From Candidatus Falkowbacteria bacterium (GTDB lineage: Bacteria > Patescibacteriota > Patescibacteriia > Patescibacteriales > UBA12465): 64,000 nt of DNA. A program made the position numbers and the translations under genes. Positions 63,460 to 64,000 of the stretch are shown piece after piece. The notes below the pieces were generated by a model that had not been told where the DNA came from, searched no databases, and saw only the letters and a program-made list of their open reading frames with translations. Within the stretch, counting starts at the first letter, position 1. The number at the start of each line of letters is the position of its first letter. The stretch lies in contig JAPLVZ010000011.1 in NCBI GenBank assembly GCA_026396805.1, positions 54,135 to 118,134 on the forward strand, given 5' to 3'.

Positions 63460-64000
63460 TTAAAGGCTATCATACTCGCGCATGGTCATTTGGGCTTCTA
63501 TTTGCTTAACGGTTTCAATAACCACGGAAACAACGATGAGCAAGCTCGTACCGCCGATGGCGAAAGCTTGCATCCCCGTATAATAGCGCATGATAAGCGG
63601 CAAAACGGCAATCAGGCCCAAGAATAAAGCGCCGGCCAGAATGATTTTATGGGTCGTATAAGATAAATAATCACTGGTCGGTTTGCCGGGACGGATACCG
63701 GGAATAAATCCGCCCTGCTTCTGAAGATTTTCCGCGATTTGAGCGGGATGAAAAATAACTTCGGTATAAAAATAAGTAAAAGCAAAAACCAGAAGAAAGT
63801 AAACGATTCCGTAGAAAAGCTGGTTATTGAATAGGCTGATTGTCCCGGCCGCTATATTCGCGATCCAAGCGGTCTTGGCGTGGATCAAGAATTGAGCGAT
63901 CATGGACGGAAATAAAACGACGGAAATAGCGAAGATAATCGGGATAACGCCGGCCATATTCACGCGCAGGGGCAAGTGAGTGCTGGTGCCGCCAAAGGTG
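63460..64000 (-). CDS. secY: preprotein translocase subunit SecY (C-terminal ~180 codons; 5' part beyond window end)
   Basis: The frame stays open to position 64000 (..TFGGTSTHLPLRVNMAGVIPIIFA..), so the track 'start' at 63975 is an internal TTG. Also contains FIPGIRPGKPT. Confidence 0.92.
   Translation of the reverse strand, partial: TFGGTSTHLPLRVNMAGVIPIIFAISVVLFPSMIAQFLIHAKTAWIANIAAGTISLFNNQLFYGIVYFLLVFAFTYFYTEVIFHPAQIAENLQKQGGFIPGIRPGKPTSDYLSYTTHKIILAGALFLGLIAVLPLIMRYYTGMQAFAIGGTSLLIVVSVVIETVKQIEAQMTMREYDSL

Noticed and set aside
1-64000. Alternative genetic code (UGA recoding, as in some CPR lineages)
   Set aside because: All recognised genes are full-length under the standard code, and TGA, TAA and TAG all appear as terminators of motif-complete proteins.

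Overview
This 64-kb window carries about 55 protein genes, roughly 85% on the minus strand, in an AT-leaning, tightly packed genome.

Lineage (inference only): a Candidate Phyla Radiation / Patescibacteria (Parcubacteria-like) bacterium. Supporting content is an archaeal-type AspRS next to AsnRS, giant Cys-free or low-complexity surface proteins, an ECF-type sigma plus single-pass anti-sigma pair, almost no biosynthesis genes, no Shine-Dalgarno motifs, and a self-splicing intron.

Housekeeping genes: dnaE (partial), parAB, mnmA, typA, an ABC-F ATPase, greA, rpoD-dnaG, scpAB, asnS-aspS, recO, ruvX, map, secY (partial), murJ, a PBP5-like carboxypeptidase, HU and an orphan trpB.

Cell-envelope block (7.7-24.3 kb): two GT4 glycosyltransferases, a WbaP-like sugar transferase, an O-antigen-ligase-like/TPR protein, a 1298-aa LTD/LamG protein and a 1171-aa S-layer-like protein.

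RNA genes recognised by eye:
- tRNA-Leu(CAA).
- Bacterial type-A RNase P RNA, embedded in the glycosyltransferase cluster.
- tRNA-Asn(GUU) split by a 240-nt group I intron, with a GIY-YIG ORF upstream bracketed by a duplication of the tRNA 5' end.

Most interesting loci:
1. An operon of one double ATP-grasp ligase plus two SET-domain methyltransferases, immediately upstream of HU. This is a candidate undescribed peptide-ligation/methylation system.
2. The doubly invaded tRNA-Asn locus.
3. Three phased palindromic operators with tandem consensus promoters, between an ECF-like sigma operon and a small HTH gene.
4. A terminator/antiterminator switch with a Trp-codon mini-ORF ahead of the orphan trpB.
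5. Orphan promoter-terminator units and a 506-nt structured non-coding gap that may encode unassigned RNAs.
6. A ~120-aa module shared by the S-layer-like protein and an M23 peptidase.

All family assignments come from motif recognition by eye; no searches were run.
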